Shown here: positions 24,386 through 37,299 of the stretch, piece by piece
How positions within the stretch are numbered: position 1 is the stretch's first letter
Layout of the letters: every line of letters begins with the position of its first letter
NCBI RefSeq assembly: GCF_018350175.1
Contig: NC_058368.1
Coordinates: forward strand, 151,220,001 to 151,284,000
DNA: 64,000 bases
Direction: 5' to 3'
Origin: Felis catus
Lineage: Eukaryota
Notes under the pieces: model-generated
The model's database searches: none
What the model was told of the DNA's origin: nothing
Seen by the model: only the letters and a program-made list of their open reading frames with translations
Position numbers and translations under genes: made by a program

Positions 24386-24417
24386 AATGTTGATTTTTTT
24401 AAAAAGTCCGCACATCA

Positions 24418-24638
24418 GGGGAGCCTGGGTGGCTCGGTCGGTTAAGCGTCCGACTTCGGCTCAGGTCATGATCTCACGGTCCGTGAGTTCGAGCCCCACG
24501 TCGGGCTCTGTGCTGACAGCTCAGAGCCTGGAGCCTGTTTCAGATTCTGTGTCTCCCTCTCTCTCTGCCCCTCCCCTGTTCATGCTCTGTCTCTCTCTGT
24601 CTCAAAGATAAATAAACGTTAAAGAAAAAATTAAAAAA
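24418..24638 (+). mobile_element. Carnivore SINE (SINEC_Fc family) with perfect 17-bp TSD
   Basis: A/B boxes present. TSD aaaaagtccgcacatca at 24401-24417 and 24639-24655, preceded by TTTT/AA. Confidence 0.96.
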
Positions 24639-25459
24639 AAAAAGTCCGCACATCAATTCATTTCAAGAAATGTAGGATATAGGTTATTTGTGGGATATTG
24701 AACTAGAGACCATGAGGAATTTTTTTTAAATGGAAGATGTAGCATTCATCTTTTTAGGAACTCCATTTATTGGATTTGGGTATCTCCTTTTGGATGGTTA
24801 GGATTCAGATAAGAGGAGAGAGGAGACTTTTTTTGTCACAACCTTGCACAAGCTACTTACCGTGTCCCTCCCACTGCAAAACAACCAGATTCTAGAAAAA
24901 TATACTTTCTAATGAATTATTTGAATGAGAAAAAAATTTTGGGCAGTTCCCTGATCTCAAAACCAAAAACCTAAACTGTGTGAATGAAAGGTGGAATTGC
25001 GACAATGAGCAAATGGGAAATGTGGGCATGGCAAGGCTGGACTGGATGAGCTGTGTTGTTAGGGGTGCTTCTGGGAGGATACCAGTCATATGCTCTGTTA
25101 GACTTCTCATAAGCCAGCCTTATTAAAACAACAGGAAGATGTAGCAACCACATCTATAGACCCAGTTTTTTGGTCTCCTTTGATGTCCTTGAGTGTCCTC
25201 AGTTAGGTAGTCAGCCACTTGCATTTTCTATTTTCAGAAAGAAGGTCTATCCTTGCTTAAAAGCCAGTGTTCTATGTGGAGAAAATATGGTCTTCAATTA
25301 CGGGAATGCTGCAAATCACAGTCTTCAGTGTCCTCGTAAAATATCTTCTCTGATAACTTCATGCCTGAGAAATTGTTTTTATCATGACCTGTGACCTCTG
25401 ATCCTGAATCACCACTTTAGCTTATTATGTATTTATTGATGTATTTCTAATTTACTTTT

Positions 25460-26030
25460 CTAAATTTTTATTATCAAAATTCCAAACATATGAAAAAGTA
25501 GAGAGAATATATAATAAACTTTCACACAACTACACCTGCCTTCAACAACTATTATCTCACAGACAGCTTTGTTTCAACATATTCCCATTTCCATCTCCTA
25601 CCCCCACCCCAAATTATTTTGAAACCAATTCTAGACATGACATCATTTCATTCTTTAATATTTCATCAGATAGCTTTATAAGATTAAGACTTGTTTTTTA
25701 ACTGAAAAAAAAATCACATCTATAAAACAAGCCACACCCAGAAGTCAATATTTCCTCAATCTTATCAAATACACACAATCAATATTCAGATTTTCCCAAC
25801 TGTCTCATAAATTTTTGTAATGACTTTTTACTGTTTGAAATGGAATACAGATAAGATCCACACATTATAAATGGTTATTTATCTTCTGTTTTAATCTAGA
25901 GGTTTCCCCCCTGTCTATTTTTCCTCATTTGTTGAAGAAACTGGAGTATTTGTGTGGTAGACCTTTCCATAGTTTGTATTTGCTGATGCATTCCTGTGGA
26001 GTTGTTTAATAAGCTCCTCTGTTCCTTATC
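25460..26030 (-). mobile_element. Old L1 (L1MC/L1ME-type) 3' fragment
   Basis: 'ttttattatcaaaattccaaacatatgaaaaagtagagagaat...aaattattttgaaaccaattctagacat' resembles an antisense L1M 3' UTR. Confidence 0.55.
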
Positions 26031-26658
26031 TTTTCTGCTATTTGGTACTTAAGACTAAGAACCTGACCAAATACATTTGGAGGAGGCTGGGCAAGAGCAC
26101 TGGTTCTCTCTCTTTTTGTGATGTGCGATCTCTTTTTGCCTTGAGCTAAGGAATACCTAGCCTTGGGAAGTTTCCGCTCACATTTGCCCAAATCAGTACT
26201 CTGCTAAACTCTCAAGTGGGACTCTTCAGCTCTCAGGAAATCTTTCTTTACACAGCAGCTCTCTGCCAGGTGCTCCGTCCTGGGAACTGTGGCCGCCTAT
26301 CCTCCCATATTTTCAGACCTGTGTTCTCAATTCAGGGAATTTTACCCTCCCTGTGCCTCTGCTGAGAAACCCTCAAGACTGTAAGCAGTGCCCTGAGAAG
26401 CTGGACATCCTTGGCTTCTCATTTCTTAGCGATCTCTTTGTTGCCTGCTGTCCATGTCTTAAAAACCATTTTTCATATTTTTTGCCATTGTTGTTGTTGT
26501 TGTTGTTTTAGGAAGGAGGGTAGACACAGCCCCTCTTAGTCCATTTTGGCTAGAATAGAAAGTCTCCTTAGTTGGTTCCAAAAAAAGTTCAGCTGTGGTT
26601 TATTAATCCAAACAACATCTTATTAAAATGAAACTCAATATTTAAAACAAACTGAAAA

Positions 26659-26659
<1 letters not shown>

Positions 26660-26693
<34 letters not shown>
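26660..26693 (+). repeat. (GT)n microsatellite
   Basis: Read directly. Confidence 0.95.
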
Positions 26694-26696
<3 letters not shown>

Positions 26697-26746
26697 TTTG
26701 AAACACGGCTATAGATTTAAAACCATGAGTGCAACTTTCAAGACCT

Positions 26747-27157
26747 GTTTTTTTTATAATTTTTTACATTATTGATTGATTGGTTGATGTATAATTAACA
26801 TACAGGGTTATATTAGTTTCAAGAGTATAATATAATAATTTAATAGTTCTATACATTATTCAGTGCTTATCACAGTAAGTGCACTCTTGATAACTTTTAG
26901 GTATTTCACCCAACCCTCCGCCCACCTCCCCTCTGGCAACCACTAGTTGGTTCTCTGTATTTGAGTCTGTTTTTTTGTTTGTTTCTTTTTTTCCTTTATT
27001 TGTTTTCTTTCTTAAATTTCACCTAGGAGTGAAATTGTATGGTATTTGTCTTTGTCTAACTTGTTTCACTTAGCATTATGCCCTCTATGTCCATCCAGGT
27101 GGTTGCAAATGCAAGATCTCGTTCTTTTTTTTTTTTTTTTGATGTTTATTTATTTTT

Positions 27158-27207
<50 letters not shown>

Positions 27208-27898
27208 TAGTGGGGGAGGGGAAGAGGGAGAGGGAGACACAGAATCTGAAGCAAGCTCCAGACTCTTAGCTGTCAGCATAAAGTCCGACGTGGGGCTCAA
27301 ACCCATAAACTGTGAGATCATGACCTGAGCCAAAGTTGGATGCTTAACTGACTGAGTCACTCAGGTGCCCCAAGATCTCATTCTTTTTTCATGGCTGAAT
27401 AATATTCTATTGTATGTCTATACCACATCTTCTTTATCCATTCATCTATCAATGGTCATGATTTTGGCTGCTTTCATAATTTGTCTATTGTAAATAATGT
27501 TATAATAAACATAAGGGTGCATATTATCTTTTCAAATTAGTGTTTTCATTTTCTTTGGCTAGATACCCAGTAATGGAATTACTATATCATATACTAATTC
27601 TATTTTTGATTTTTTGAGGAACCTCCACATTGTTTTCCACAGTGGCTGCACCAACTTGGGTTCCTACCAACAGTGCATGAGGGTTCCTTCTTCTCTAAAT
27701 CCTCAAACAAACTTGTTACTTGTGTTTTTGATTTTAGCTCTTCTGACAGGTGTGAGGTGATACTTCATTGTGGGTTTATTTTGCATTTCTCTGATGATAA
27801 GTGATGCTGAGCATTTTTTCATGTGTCTGTTGGCCATTTGTATGTCTTCTTTGGAAGAATGCCTATGTAGGTCCTCTGCCCATTTTTAAATTGGATTA

Positions 27899-27947
<49 letters not shown>

Positions 27948-28118
27948 TTGTGTGTGTTTTGTTTGGTTTGGTTTTGTTTTTTTTTTTGGTGTTGAGTTGT
28001 AGGAGTTCTTTGTATATTTTGAATATTAACCCCATATCGGATGTATCATTTGTAAATATATTCTCTTATTTAACAAGTTGCCTTGTCGTTTTGTTGATGG
28101 TTTCCTTCAGTGTGCAAA
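26747..28118 (-). mobile_element. 5'-truncated L1 (carnivore/L1MA-type; ORF2 end plus 3' UTR) with 16-bp TSD
   Basis: Typical antisense L1 text ('acctccacattgttttccacagtggctgcaccaa', 'gttggccatttgtatgtcttctttgga'). TSD gcaactttca(a/g)gacct at 26731-26746 and 28119-28134. Confidence 0.9.
27125..27371 (-). mobile_element. Carnivore SINE inserted in the L1
   Basis: TSD aagatctc(g/a)ttcttt at 27113 and 27372; expanded (GA)n tract. Confidence 0.93.
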
Positions 28119-28222
28119 GCAACTTTCAGGACCTCTTGCTGACATTTTCCCGCCCAGCTAATATGTTTTTCCTCCAAGATGAGTCCTATTTTGCATTCTG
28201 GTATTTAGAAGCAATATTGGAG

Positions 28223-28337
28223 TTCATTCATCATTCTTTCCATGAACATTTTTGAGTACCTACTATGTACTGTATAAAGTATTGGAGATACAGTGATGAA
28301 GCAAACACTATTTGTCCCCTTAAAAGTCTTGCAATTT
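28223..28337 (-). mobile_element. L2 3' fragment (continues after ~29265)
   Basis: 'ttcattcatcattc...acatttttgagtacctactatgtac...tggagatacagtgatgaa'. Confidence 0.65.
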
Positions 28338-28778
28338 GTTTTCCCCCTGAAACTTGTACACAAATGCTCATAACAGCTCCATTTGTAATATCCCCAAACT
28401 GGAAATACCCAAATGTCCATCAGTGGTTAAACATACTGTGATATATCCATGGTACAGAATAAAGAATAATGAACTGTCGATGTGGGTAACAATGTGGCTG
28501 AATCTCAAGGAAATTTTGCTGAGTGAAAAAAAGTGTATCTTAAGAGGTTACATTATTGCTCATTTCCATTTATGTAACATTCATAAAGTAACATAATTAT
28601 AGAGGTAGGGGACAGATTAGTGGTTGCCAGGGGTTGGAGGGCCGGAGAGGGAGTAGACATGGGCACAAAATGGTAGCACTAGGGAGTCTTGTGGTGATGG
28701 TATTAGTTAAGTGTCTTGATTGTGGTAGTGGTTGCTTAAAGATACCTATGTGATAAAGTTGCATACAGCTCCACACAT

Positions 28779-28813
<35 letters not shown>

Positions 28814-29248
28814 TGAAAATTGCGGGGCGCCTGGGTGGCGCAGTCGGTTAAGCGTCCAACTTCAGCCAGGTCACGATCTCGCGGTCCGTGAGTTCAAGCC
28901 CCGCATCAGGCTCTGGGCTGATGGCTCAGAGCCTGGAGCCTGTTTCCGATTCTGTGTCTCCCTCTCTCTCTGCCCCTCCCCCGTTCATGCTCTGTCTCTC
29001 TCTGTCCCAAAAATAAATAAACGTTGAAAAAAAAACCATGAAAATTGCATGTATAACAGTGGAAATATGAATAAACTGTATGTGTTGTACCAGTATTAGT
29101 TACTGGCTTTGATATTGTAATCATGCAAAATCTTAACAGTGGGGGGGGGGGGAGTGGGCACAGGGGCTGAGGAAAGGGTACAGAGATAGTATATTTCTTT
29201 CCACTTTCTTGTGTATTTTTAAGTATTTCAATATAACATTTTCTTCTT
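28338..29248 (+). mobile_element. Old L1 (L1MB/L1MC-type) 3' end inserted in L2
   Basis: 'aacttgtacacaaatgctcataacagc...aaactggaaatacccaaatgtccatc...gacagattagtggttgccaggg'. Flanked by aaaa(g/a)tcttgcaattt at 28322-28337 and 29249-29264. Confidence 0.8.
28824..29036 (+). mobile_element. Young felid SINE (SINEC_Fc) inserted in the L1M
   Basis: CpG-rich, near-consensus head ggggcgcctgggtggcgcagtcgg. TSD catgaaaattgc at 28812-28823 and 29037-29048. Confidence 0.96.
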
Positions 29249-30484
29249 AAAAATCTTGCAATTTAATGGAGGATGCAAAGAAGTAAATAGCTAATTGCAA
29301 TACACTGTAATAATACTCAGTTAAGGGGAGGTACTATAGAGTATATATATGGAGGAGTACCTTGTTCCCATTTCCAAGTCAAGAGACAATGTCTCTGCTA
29401 CTCCCTTGTTTCTTAAAGGGCCCCATTCAGGTTCTGCCTCTGTTTGAGGGACATGTGTTAGCAGTAATGGACTTGTAGAATGCTTGCCATTGACCCTCCC
29501 TGACCCCCAGCACCCACAGTGATGTGCCCTACTCATTAAGGCCTCAGTAAAGTACCAACCATACAAGGCAAACATTTTATCAGAGTGAGCACAGATAAAA
29601 TAACATGAATCTCATGTTCTCACAGCATGTTAAACTGTAAGTTCAAGGACTCATTTCCAAATTTAAATACCTATGATTCTAGATTATACACAGTTTTGGC
29701 TCTTCTCCAGCCCTGTCCTGCCGTCAGCACCATCAGCCAAACTATACTCTAACCAGGGAGAAATAGCCTTTGTATGTGAGGAACACATAGCTGCAGTGGA
29801 CATTATGCATGCATTATCACTTGTTACTATAACTTACTTTAATTCAGTGACAGTTGTGTATTTTGAGTTTTCTTAAGTTATAAAAGTTTTTTTTCCCCTT
29901 GGAACTAAATAGAAGATATATTATTGCTAATATGTTGGGGGATTTGTTTTGACTTTCTTGGTATTTAGTAGGAACACTAAGAGAGAGACTTAATATGAAT
30001 TTATGTTGTTGTCACATTGTAACAACTCAGTTGTCTTAGAATTTTTACCAGGCTGTGTCTGAGTTTCACAAAACCATGAATAGGTGGACTCACAACATTT
30101 AAGCTGGAAATATTTTGTTTTTCTTTGTTGTTGTTGCAGAAACTCACCCCTCCTCTCGGTGTCAGGAAGACCTCTTTGGGGTTGCCCTGGGACTAAGGAG
30201 TGGATCTGAGTCTGTATCTGTGTCTGTTATTGGAATATTCAGATAGGAATCTTAACCTATCTGAGTCTCCCTGGATTAGAATTTCAAGCTGTGTGTATAG
30301 GCAGCTGTGGTTTGCATCATTTACCTTTATCAACTTGGTAGCCAGTTTGAAATTACCTACATCTACTTTGTGAAATTCACACTCTGTTCTTTTGAACTCA
30401 TTCTTCTTTTTAAAATAATGATGAAGTGGTAGTGTCTTGGTCCAGTTTTTAAAAACTTTGCGGAGCTAGAAATAATACATTTTA

Positions 30485-30729
30485 TTTTATTTTATTTTTT
30501 TATTTTTTATTTATTTTTAATTTTTTTTAACGTGTATTTATTTTTGAGACAGAGAGAGACAGAGCATGAATGGGGGAGGGTCAGAGAGAGGGAGACACAG
30601 AATCTGAAACAGGCCTCAGGCTCTGAGCTGTCAGCACAGAGCCCGACGCGGGGCTCGAACTCATGGACTGCGAGATCATGACCTCAGCTGAAGTCGGCCG
30701 CTTAACCGACTGAGCCACCCAGGCGCCCC
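30485..30729 (-). mobile_element. Felid SINE with TSD
   Basis: TSD aaataatacatttta at 30470-30484 and 30731-30745. Confidence 0.96.
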
Positions 30730-30809
30730 AAAATAATACATTTTAGATTGAACAGGTCATTTATTATTAATCAGATCCTAAGACTTTTCCGCATTGCTTT
30801 TGTTTTTGT

Positions 30810-30841
<32 letters not shown>

Positions 30842-32689
30842 AATTGTGTGTTTTAACATTTTGTTAATTTTGATTTTCTGAAATATAAACCTTTTTTGTG
30901 TGTGTTTTAAGTCGTTTAACAGTTTTAAGAAAACATACAAGTCTATGTCAGTAGTATAGTTGATTTAGAATATTTCTTTCTTGTCTTCTAATAATTTGTG
31001 ACTGTGTGGTCCTGACTGTTGTATGACCATGATCTTTTCTATATCCTGTCTTATCTTTGTATATCTGGGAAAGTTATTACTTATTTCTTATTTTTATTCA
31101 CTTATTTAAAATGAATTTATTATAAGGACTCTTAAGGTTATATAACATTCCACATATTCTGTACTTTTCCTACAGGCTTAAGATTATACCGTGTTAGTCT
31201 AAATCTATAACACTATTAAATAGTATTACAAGCATTTCTTGGAAAGGAATAGGGATTAACAGGAAGCAGTGGATTTTTCATAAATTTGGCAGGCTATTTG
31301 GGAAACGTTTTTTTTCTAGGTAGCTTAAATATCCTTGAAACATTAATTTTGGAATAAGAGTTGCATAGGAACCAGTATTATTCCTCCACTTTATAAGAGA
31401 GGCACCTCTGCCATCTCCCTTTCTTGCCCTGCATTTGCATGAACAAAGTTTCGCTGAATGGACTGGTGCTCCCACCTGCAGCCAAGCCCATCAGTCCCTG
31501 GACCAAATCCAACAACAATAGGAAGCATATGTAGAGCCTTTGACTTTTTCTTCCTCAGTGGGCACATCTGGTAGCCCAGCTACAACTGCTGGGCTCCATA
31601 TTGCTGCTCATTCTCACCTTGAATCTGTGTGGTCCCCTAGATCTGAGAGGCCATGACTCTGGGCCTCGTCCAGGGACCTGGGTGGCCCATAGTCACAGAA
31701 ATGTTACCCTTTTGTCTCTTCATGGGACTAGGTCTCTGCTGTCTCCTTGGATCCTTGAGTGCTGTCTCTATGTCCTCACTCTGTTTTGTGGTGTCTCACA
31801 GTATATGGTCAGCTCTGGTAATGACCACCACTGCCTGACTTCTAGGTATCCAGATAGTTGCTTCTTTCTGTCTAAGATGATACCGTATTACCTATAGCTG
31901 TGTATATGACTTCAGGACTCACTGTGCCCTTTGAATATTGTGCCTGCCTATCTCACTGAGCCTTGGGTGATAGCCATTGATGGGGTCAGCTCTGTTTTTA
32001 TGATCTTAAATGTGAATACTGGCCCAGTATTGCTAAGTGTGCATTGTGCTTCATGCCTGTCACGGGGAGAAGGGTCACCAATGTAATGAGTCTCCCCACA
32101 CTGGACAGTGGTGTCTCACTGGTCACACCATAGTAAGGAGTTCATTCACTTTCTTATTTGCTATTTAGCTCTTAGTTCCAAATAGCTTTTTTGGTAACTT
32201 ACAATAAGACTGTTAAAGTAAGGGGCAGAACCAAGGTGAGTAATAAATAGGGAGTGGGGTAAAACCGAACCAGAAAACCAAGGCCCTCCCTAAGAAGCCT
32301 ACAGTTGAAGTAATTGAATTTTAGGCCAAGTGTTCTGCCAATCAGAGAAAAATGGAGGTGGAAAGAAACTGATGCTACTTACTATTCGATCAGAGTGGCA
32401 CAGAAGATTCAGTTCATCCAGAGAGATGCTCTTGTTTTCCTAACTGTGTATTTTGGGGAGGGATATATCGAGTGGCTTGTTATATCGCATTTTTCTATCA
32501 GAAAATTGTGTTAACATACCAGTGCATGTTGCTGAATGTTCTTTTCTGTCTAGCATGCAGTACTTCAAACAATTATTTTTCAAAATGACTTGAGTTCTGC
32601 CCAATTATTTTCTAGTATCCAGAGTAAAAAGTAAATAGATACATGTGAAAATAACACGTATTTCCACTCAGTTTATGCAAAAATATTAT

Positions 32690-32872
32690 CTCGGTAGGTA
32701 ATTGTTGTGAACATTTTTTTCTATATTGATGACATTCTTTTTTCTTTTTAAACTAAGTCTTTGCAGTCCAGTGTGCATTTTACACTTACAGCACAGCTCC
32801 ATCTGGATCAGTCCGATTTCGAGGGCTCACTAGCATCATGTGGGAGGATGAGGTAGCAGTGGACAGGACGGC
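32690..32872. mobile_element. MER33-like hAT-Charlie fragment
   Basis: 'taagtctttgcagtccagtgtgcattttacacttacagcaca...gctcactagc'. Confidence 0.55.
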
Positions 32873-33399
32873 TCTGGTTTGTTGTGATATCCTTGTGATC
32901 CTTTCATTCTTGAGATATCACAGCTACAGGTATCACCAGGAACCTTGAAAGGCAGACTTTTCATTGTTCTTTGTCCGGAGTGTTCATTAATCCAGAAGTT
33001 ATCATTTTGTGTCCCTGACACTAATTTGATGAGAAGAACAAAATAGATTTAGTCACTATCGAGAAAGTGAGCAACTTCTTCTGAAGACTTTTGGAAGCTG
33101 GCTTTCAATTCTCTCATCACTAGTACATACACTTATTTATGTTATCTTGGAAATTTTCTTGATCTCTTTTTATGCCAATTGCTTCTTTACACCTTCTGTG
33201 ATTTCACCAGCTTTCTGTCCCACTGTTCCAATAGGAATTAGTTTGTAGTTTTTCAGAGGTAATCATGACTTTCTGCTTGGCATACAGTTACTGGTTAATT
33301 TCTTTATTATCTCCTTGTTGAAAACTGAGATTTGTTGGCTATTCTTCTTCCCTTTAGTGCCTTACATGGAGTAAAGTGTAGTCAGTAATGCTCACTGAA

Positions 33400-33960
33400 G
33401 GAACATATATATGTCTTCTCTTACTATGGTCTAGAAAGCAAGGGACATGCTATTGACTCCTTTGGTATCTTTGTAGTTACTAACATAGTGCAGGGTATGC
33501 AGTTGGTGCTTAATAAATTCTTGCTGACTGGAGTCATGACTTATAATTGGCCTTCCTAGTCTTGATTCAAATCTAGTTCTATCACACTATTACATTGCAT
33601 TCTTGGAAAGAACACCACTGTTTTCATTTGAGGAAGAATTACAAACACACACATCCACTGGTCTTCTTTCTTTGCTCCTAACTGACTCTGAAAAAATGAA
33701 AGAATCAATGGAGAGAGTGCCACTACCTTTGGTTAAATACCAGCAAAGTATAATACAGTATATTTTTTGCCAGAAGAAATAATGTGACCGCTGTTGTAGG
33801 TCTTAAACATTATGATGAAGGAAGCTAGTTTGTGGATATTGGAATCATTCATTCTTTCATTCAATAAACACTTACTAAACACATATTATGATTAAAACAA
33901 TGTGTTGCACACAGGGGATAAAAATGGTAAGTTTTGACCCTCAAACCGCTCACATTTTAG
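33400..33960. mobile_element. Two L2 3' fragments in opposite orientation (~33400-33528 plus; ~33845-33960 minus)
   Basis: 'aacatagtgcagggtatgcagttggtgcttaataaat' and 'cattcattctttcattcaataaacacttact'. Confidence 0.5.
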
Positions 33961-36639
33961 ATAGAAATTCAGATCATGCCAGAGACCTCTTTAAAATATT
34001 TGTCAGTTTAGAGAAAGCTAGTACTAATGGGAAAAAGATTCAACATGCCTAATTTTCACTCTCTTTTTCCTTCAATGGTGTTGGTTGGTAAGTATTTTTA
34101 GAATAAATGTGTAGATAGTGGTTTGTTTTTAAAGAACTCACATTATTTGGCATTTATTACATTTTATTTGTTTCCTTGATTGATTAATTGCAGTTAAATT
34201 ACCTTAGCATTCTAGAAGAGATTTTATAGATTTTGACATATGATTAAACAGCATAAAGCATAACTAATGTTGTTTTAGTGGCATGCTATGTATTAAAGCA
34301 TAAAATTTAAACACATACTTCATCAGGAATTTTTGAAGTTACAGTGAATTTGAAAGATTCAGATATTGGAACTCCACTCCCACTGTTAGGGAGGGGTAGG
34401 AATTTTATAACTGAGATTATTATAGAAGAGTGTCCTGACATAACTGATTGACTTTAGTGATGTGCCTTGAAAGTTCAAATTCAAGGTGTGCACTTATTTC
34501 AGTCAGCTTATTCTGAATGTTTAAATAAGAAATACTATTTCTGGGTATTCTGAATAACTCGTTGTACATTTATTCCTAATAGTGAGCATTTGGACTAATG
34601 ATGGATTACTAATGAGCATGTAAATGTACCACCTGATTACATTAATATATGATCTTCCATGACGAGGTCTGAAATGAACATTTCTAATATGTATTTCTTT
34701 TCCCCAAATGGCACTGTGGCGTATACTGAGCAGGACTGAGACAAGGGTGTTTTTCTTAAGAGCCACTGATTTAGTCAATTATCAAAAATCACATTATAAT
34801 AAATGCTGTTCTAAGAATTTTGATTAACCTTTAAATAAATGTTACTTTGGAAAAAAAAATCTGCCAAATGTGTTAATGATAAATTGTGAAGTGGTAGTAA
34901 TTGCAAGTATGGCTTTATGGATAATATAGTTAATTGATACCACCCTCTCAAACACATATAGCACATCAGCTGCTATGAGGCTGGGTGATAGTAATGGCGT
35001 CTACAGCATTTTTGATGCATTGAGGATGACATGAGTAAAATGGAAACTTAGAGTGCTCACCAGGGTCATTCTCTCATGAACATCTGATGCCCATGGTCAA
35101 GTAAATTTTTAATGACACATAGTCACTACACACCTTTCAGCCTTCTAGAGAGGTAAGTGTACATTGATCTGTCCTAATTAGCCTTGCAGAGTACTTCAGA
35201 CATCCCTGCATGAACACTATTATTTAATAAAATGGGAGCTGTTTTTTTCACAAGCTCAGCACTTGCTCCTTAGATGGCTATATTGTTGTTGTTTTTTTAA
35301 ACTCAAGTCTCATGTTCATTCTTGTCTTTGTCTGGCAATGTAGTATTAATGCAGCTGCATATAAAAGTAAGCAAAATTAAAGAATGGGTCTGATTATGAG
35401 GTTCATTGCTATTATAAGAAACCCATAGAGCATACATCTATTCCTTCTCTAATGTATAGGGTGCTGACTGCATAAAATTGCTTGGAAAGACATTAAGGAT
35501 ACACAGGCAATTCTGTTGAGGTGTGCAATGGGATGCTTTTATGTTTGGAAATAAAGGTGGCCCTGGAATATCTGATTTGCAAGATAAAAGGTAGCCAAAC
35601 AGTTTTTAATTGCTCTAGATTGGAGCACTTATGTACAGACATCTACGTTTTTATTTTTTAAGAGTTTAGTTTTATCTGAGTTTGGGGTCTATAACACCTT
35701 GAGTTTGTTCATTGTTGGAGTAAATCAAGTATTGTTTATTTAGCTATAGGATTTAGAGGTAGGGGGATTTTACTATGGATGCTTCTGCTTGTGAAGGTAC
35801 TCAGTTCCAAATGGGATACAGACCAGATGGTGTTAAATCTTATCCCAGGGAAGAAGTCTACAGCCAGAACTTCTTAGAAGCATGTGTGTCACTTGGTCAC
35901 ATGATTTACTGGTTCTTGGATTTATTTGTCTTAAGAAAATGAACAAGAAAAAAAAAAAGAAAAGGAACAAGAGTGGGTTCCTTTTGATCTGTAGGGCTGG
36001 CCATTGATGACAATGTCTGGAGTTGTCTTTGTGTTCATAGAAATCAGGCACCTCTTCCTGTTGTTGCATGGCCACAGAGCTGGCTCTCAGGCACCACAAA
36101 TGCCTCCTTTACCTGCTTGCTCATAGCTGAAGTTGCATAATGAGAGATTAAAATATTTGGATTTTGCAAATATCTCTAGAAATGGGAACGCTTTGTTTAA
36201 ATCAGATCCATACAACTCAGTGTGAGTGAGCTTACCAGTCCTTTGTGGATAGCAAGATTTGAAAGTGGGGTGGGTAGAGAAATATGAGGACACTGGGTAA
36301 TTAGGGAGTAAAAGGAACTGCCTTGCGGGCATGAAGGGGACAGTAGGGGTGAGATGAAAGTCTCTGAGTGGAGAGGCTTGGAATAGCAGAGGACAAGATG
36401 TACTTTCCTTACAATATAGGAAAACCTCTAAAAATGGCAAGTTTTCTAAATATAGTTTTAAAACCAAATTTGTTTTCAATTTTATTTAGGTATGAAATTA
36501 ATTATTTCATTATTAGATATTCTCCTTGAATTACCTAGTTCATTTATTCAAGAAGCATTTATTGAACAACTCCTATGGATTAAATAATGGATTGGATGCT
36601 AAGGGAAAAAGACATGATTCCCATCCTAATGTTTTATTA

Positions 36640-36960
36640 GTACTTCTGCTTTTGGCTGTAGGTAATGGAAAACCCAAATCCAATTGGCTTTAGTACTAAG
36701 GAAATTTGTTGGCTCTCACCACTGAAAGTCTAGGGGCAGAGTGGAATTCAGGACATTTTAGTCAAGTAGTTTTGACTTAGTTTTCCTTGCATTCTTTTTC
36801 CTTACTCTGTGGGTCAGCTTCATCAGTGGCTAGTAGCAAGATGGCTGTCAAGTGAAAGGGGCTATTTCAGAAGCTTTCTAGAAGAGCTAGAATAGCTTTC
36901 TCAGAAGCTTCAAAGAAACCTCTTCTTGGATTTTATTAGCCTAAGAGACCAAGATCATAT
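36640..36960. mobile_element. MLT1 (MaLR) LTR fragment
   Basis: 'ttttggctgtaggtaatggaaaacccaaatccaattggcttta...aaggaaatttgttggctc...actgaaagtctagggg' is a typical old MLT1 start. Confidence 0.55.
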
Positions 36961-37070
36961 AGGCAGTTAGAGGACTGGTGGGTGCAGATATGTTTGGGTT
37001 TAGTGAGAGCACTGAGGTGGGGTGTCCTGTCTAGACTGGTAGAGATGGAGGGTTGAGAGAAGGATTTCTT

Positions 37071-37086
37071 TCTTTTTTAAAAACAT

Positions 37087-37134
<48 letters not shown>

Positions 37135-37299
37135 TTAGAGGGTGGGGGAGGGGAAGAGAGAGAGGGAGAGAGAGAATCCCAAGCAGGCTCACGTCAGCAT
37201 AGAGTCTGATGCAGAGCTTGATCCCATAAACCATGAGATCGTGATCTAAGCTGAAACCACGAGTCAGCTGCTTAACCAACTAAGTCACTCAGGTGCCCC
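37071..37299 (-). mobile_element. Carnivore SINE with a (TATC)n tetranucleotide STR in its tail
   Basis: TSD agagaaggatttctt at 37056-37070 and 37302-37316; (TATC)n at ~37087-37134. Confidence 0.92.

Noticed and set aside
24418..24500. tRNA-like A and B boxes
   Set aside because: They belong to the tRNA-derived SINE head, not a tRNA gene.
24165..24611. ORFs resembling database 'hypothetical proteins' (GAWVAQSVKRPT...)
   Set aside because: They are translations of carnivore SINEs; the same applies at 27085, 28906, 50848, 51076, 61288 and 62684.
36446..36455. Perfect MEF2 consensus CTAAATATAG
   Set aside because: Isolated in very AT-rich sequence with no partner motifs; expected by chance in 64 kb.
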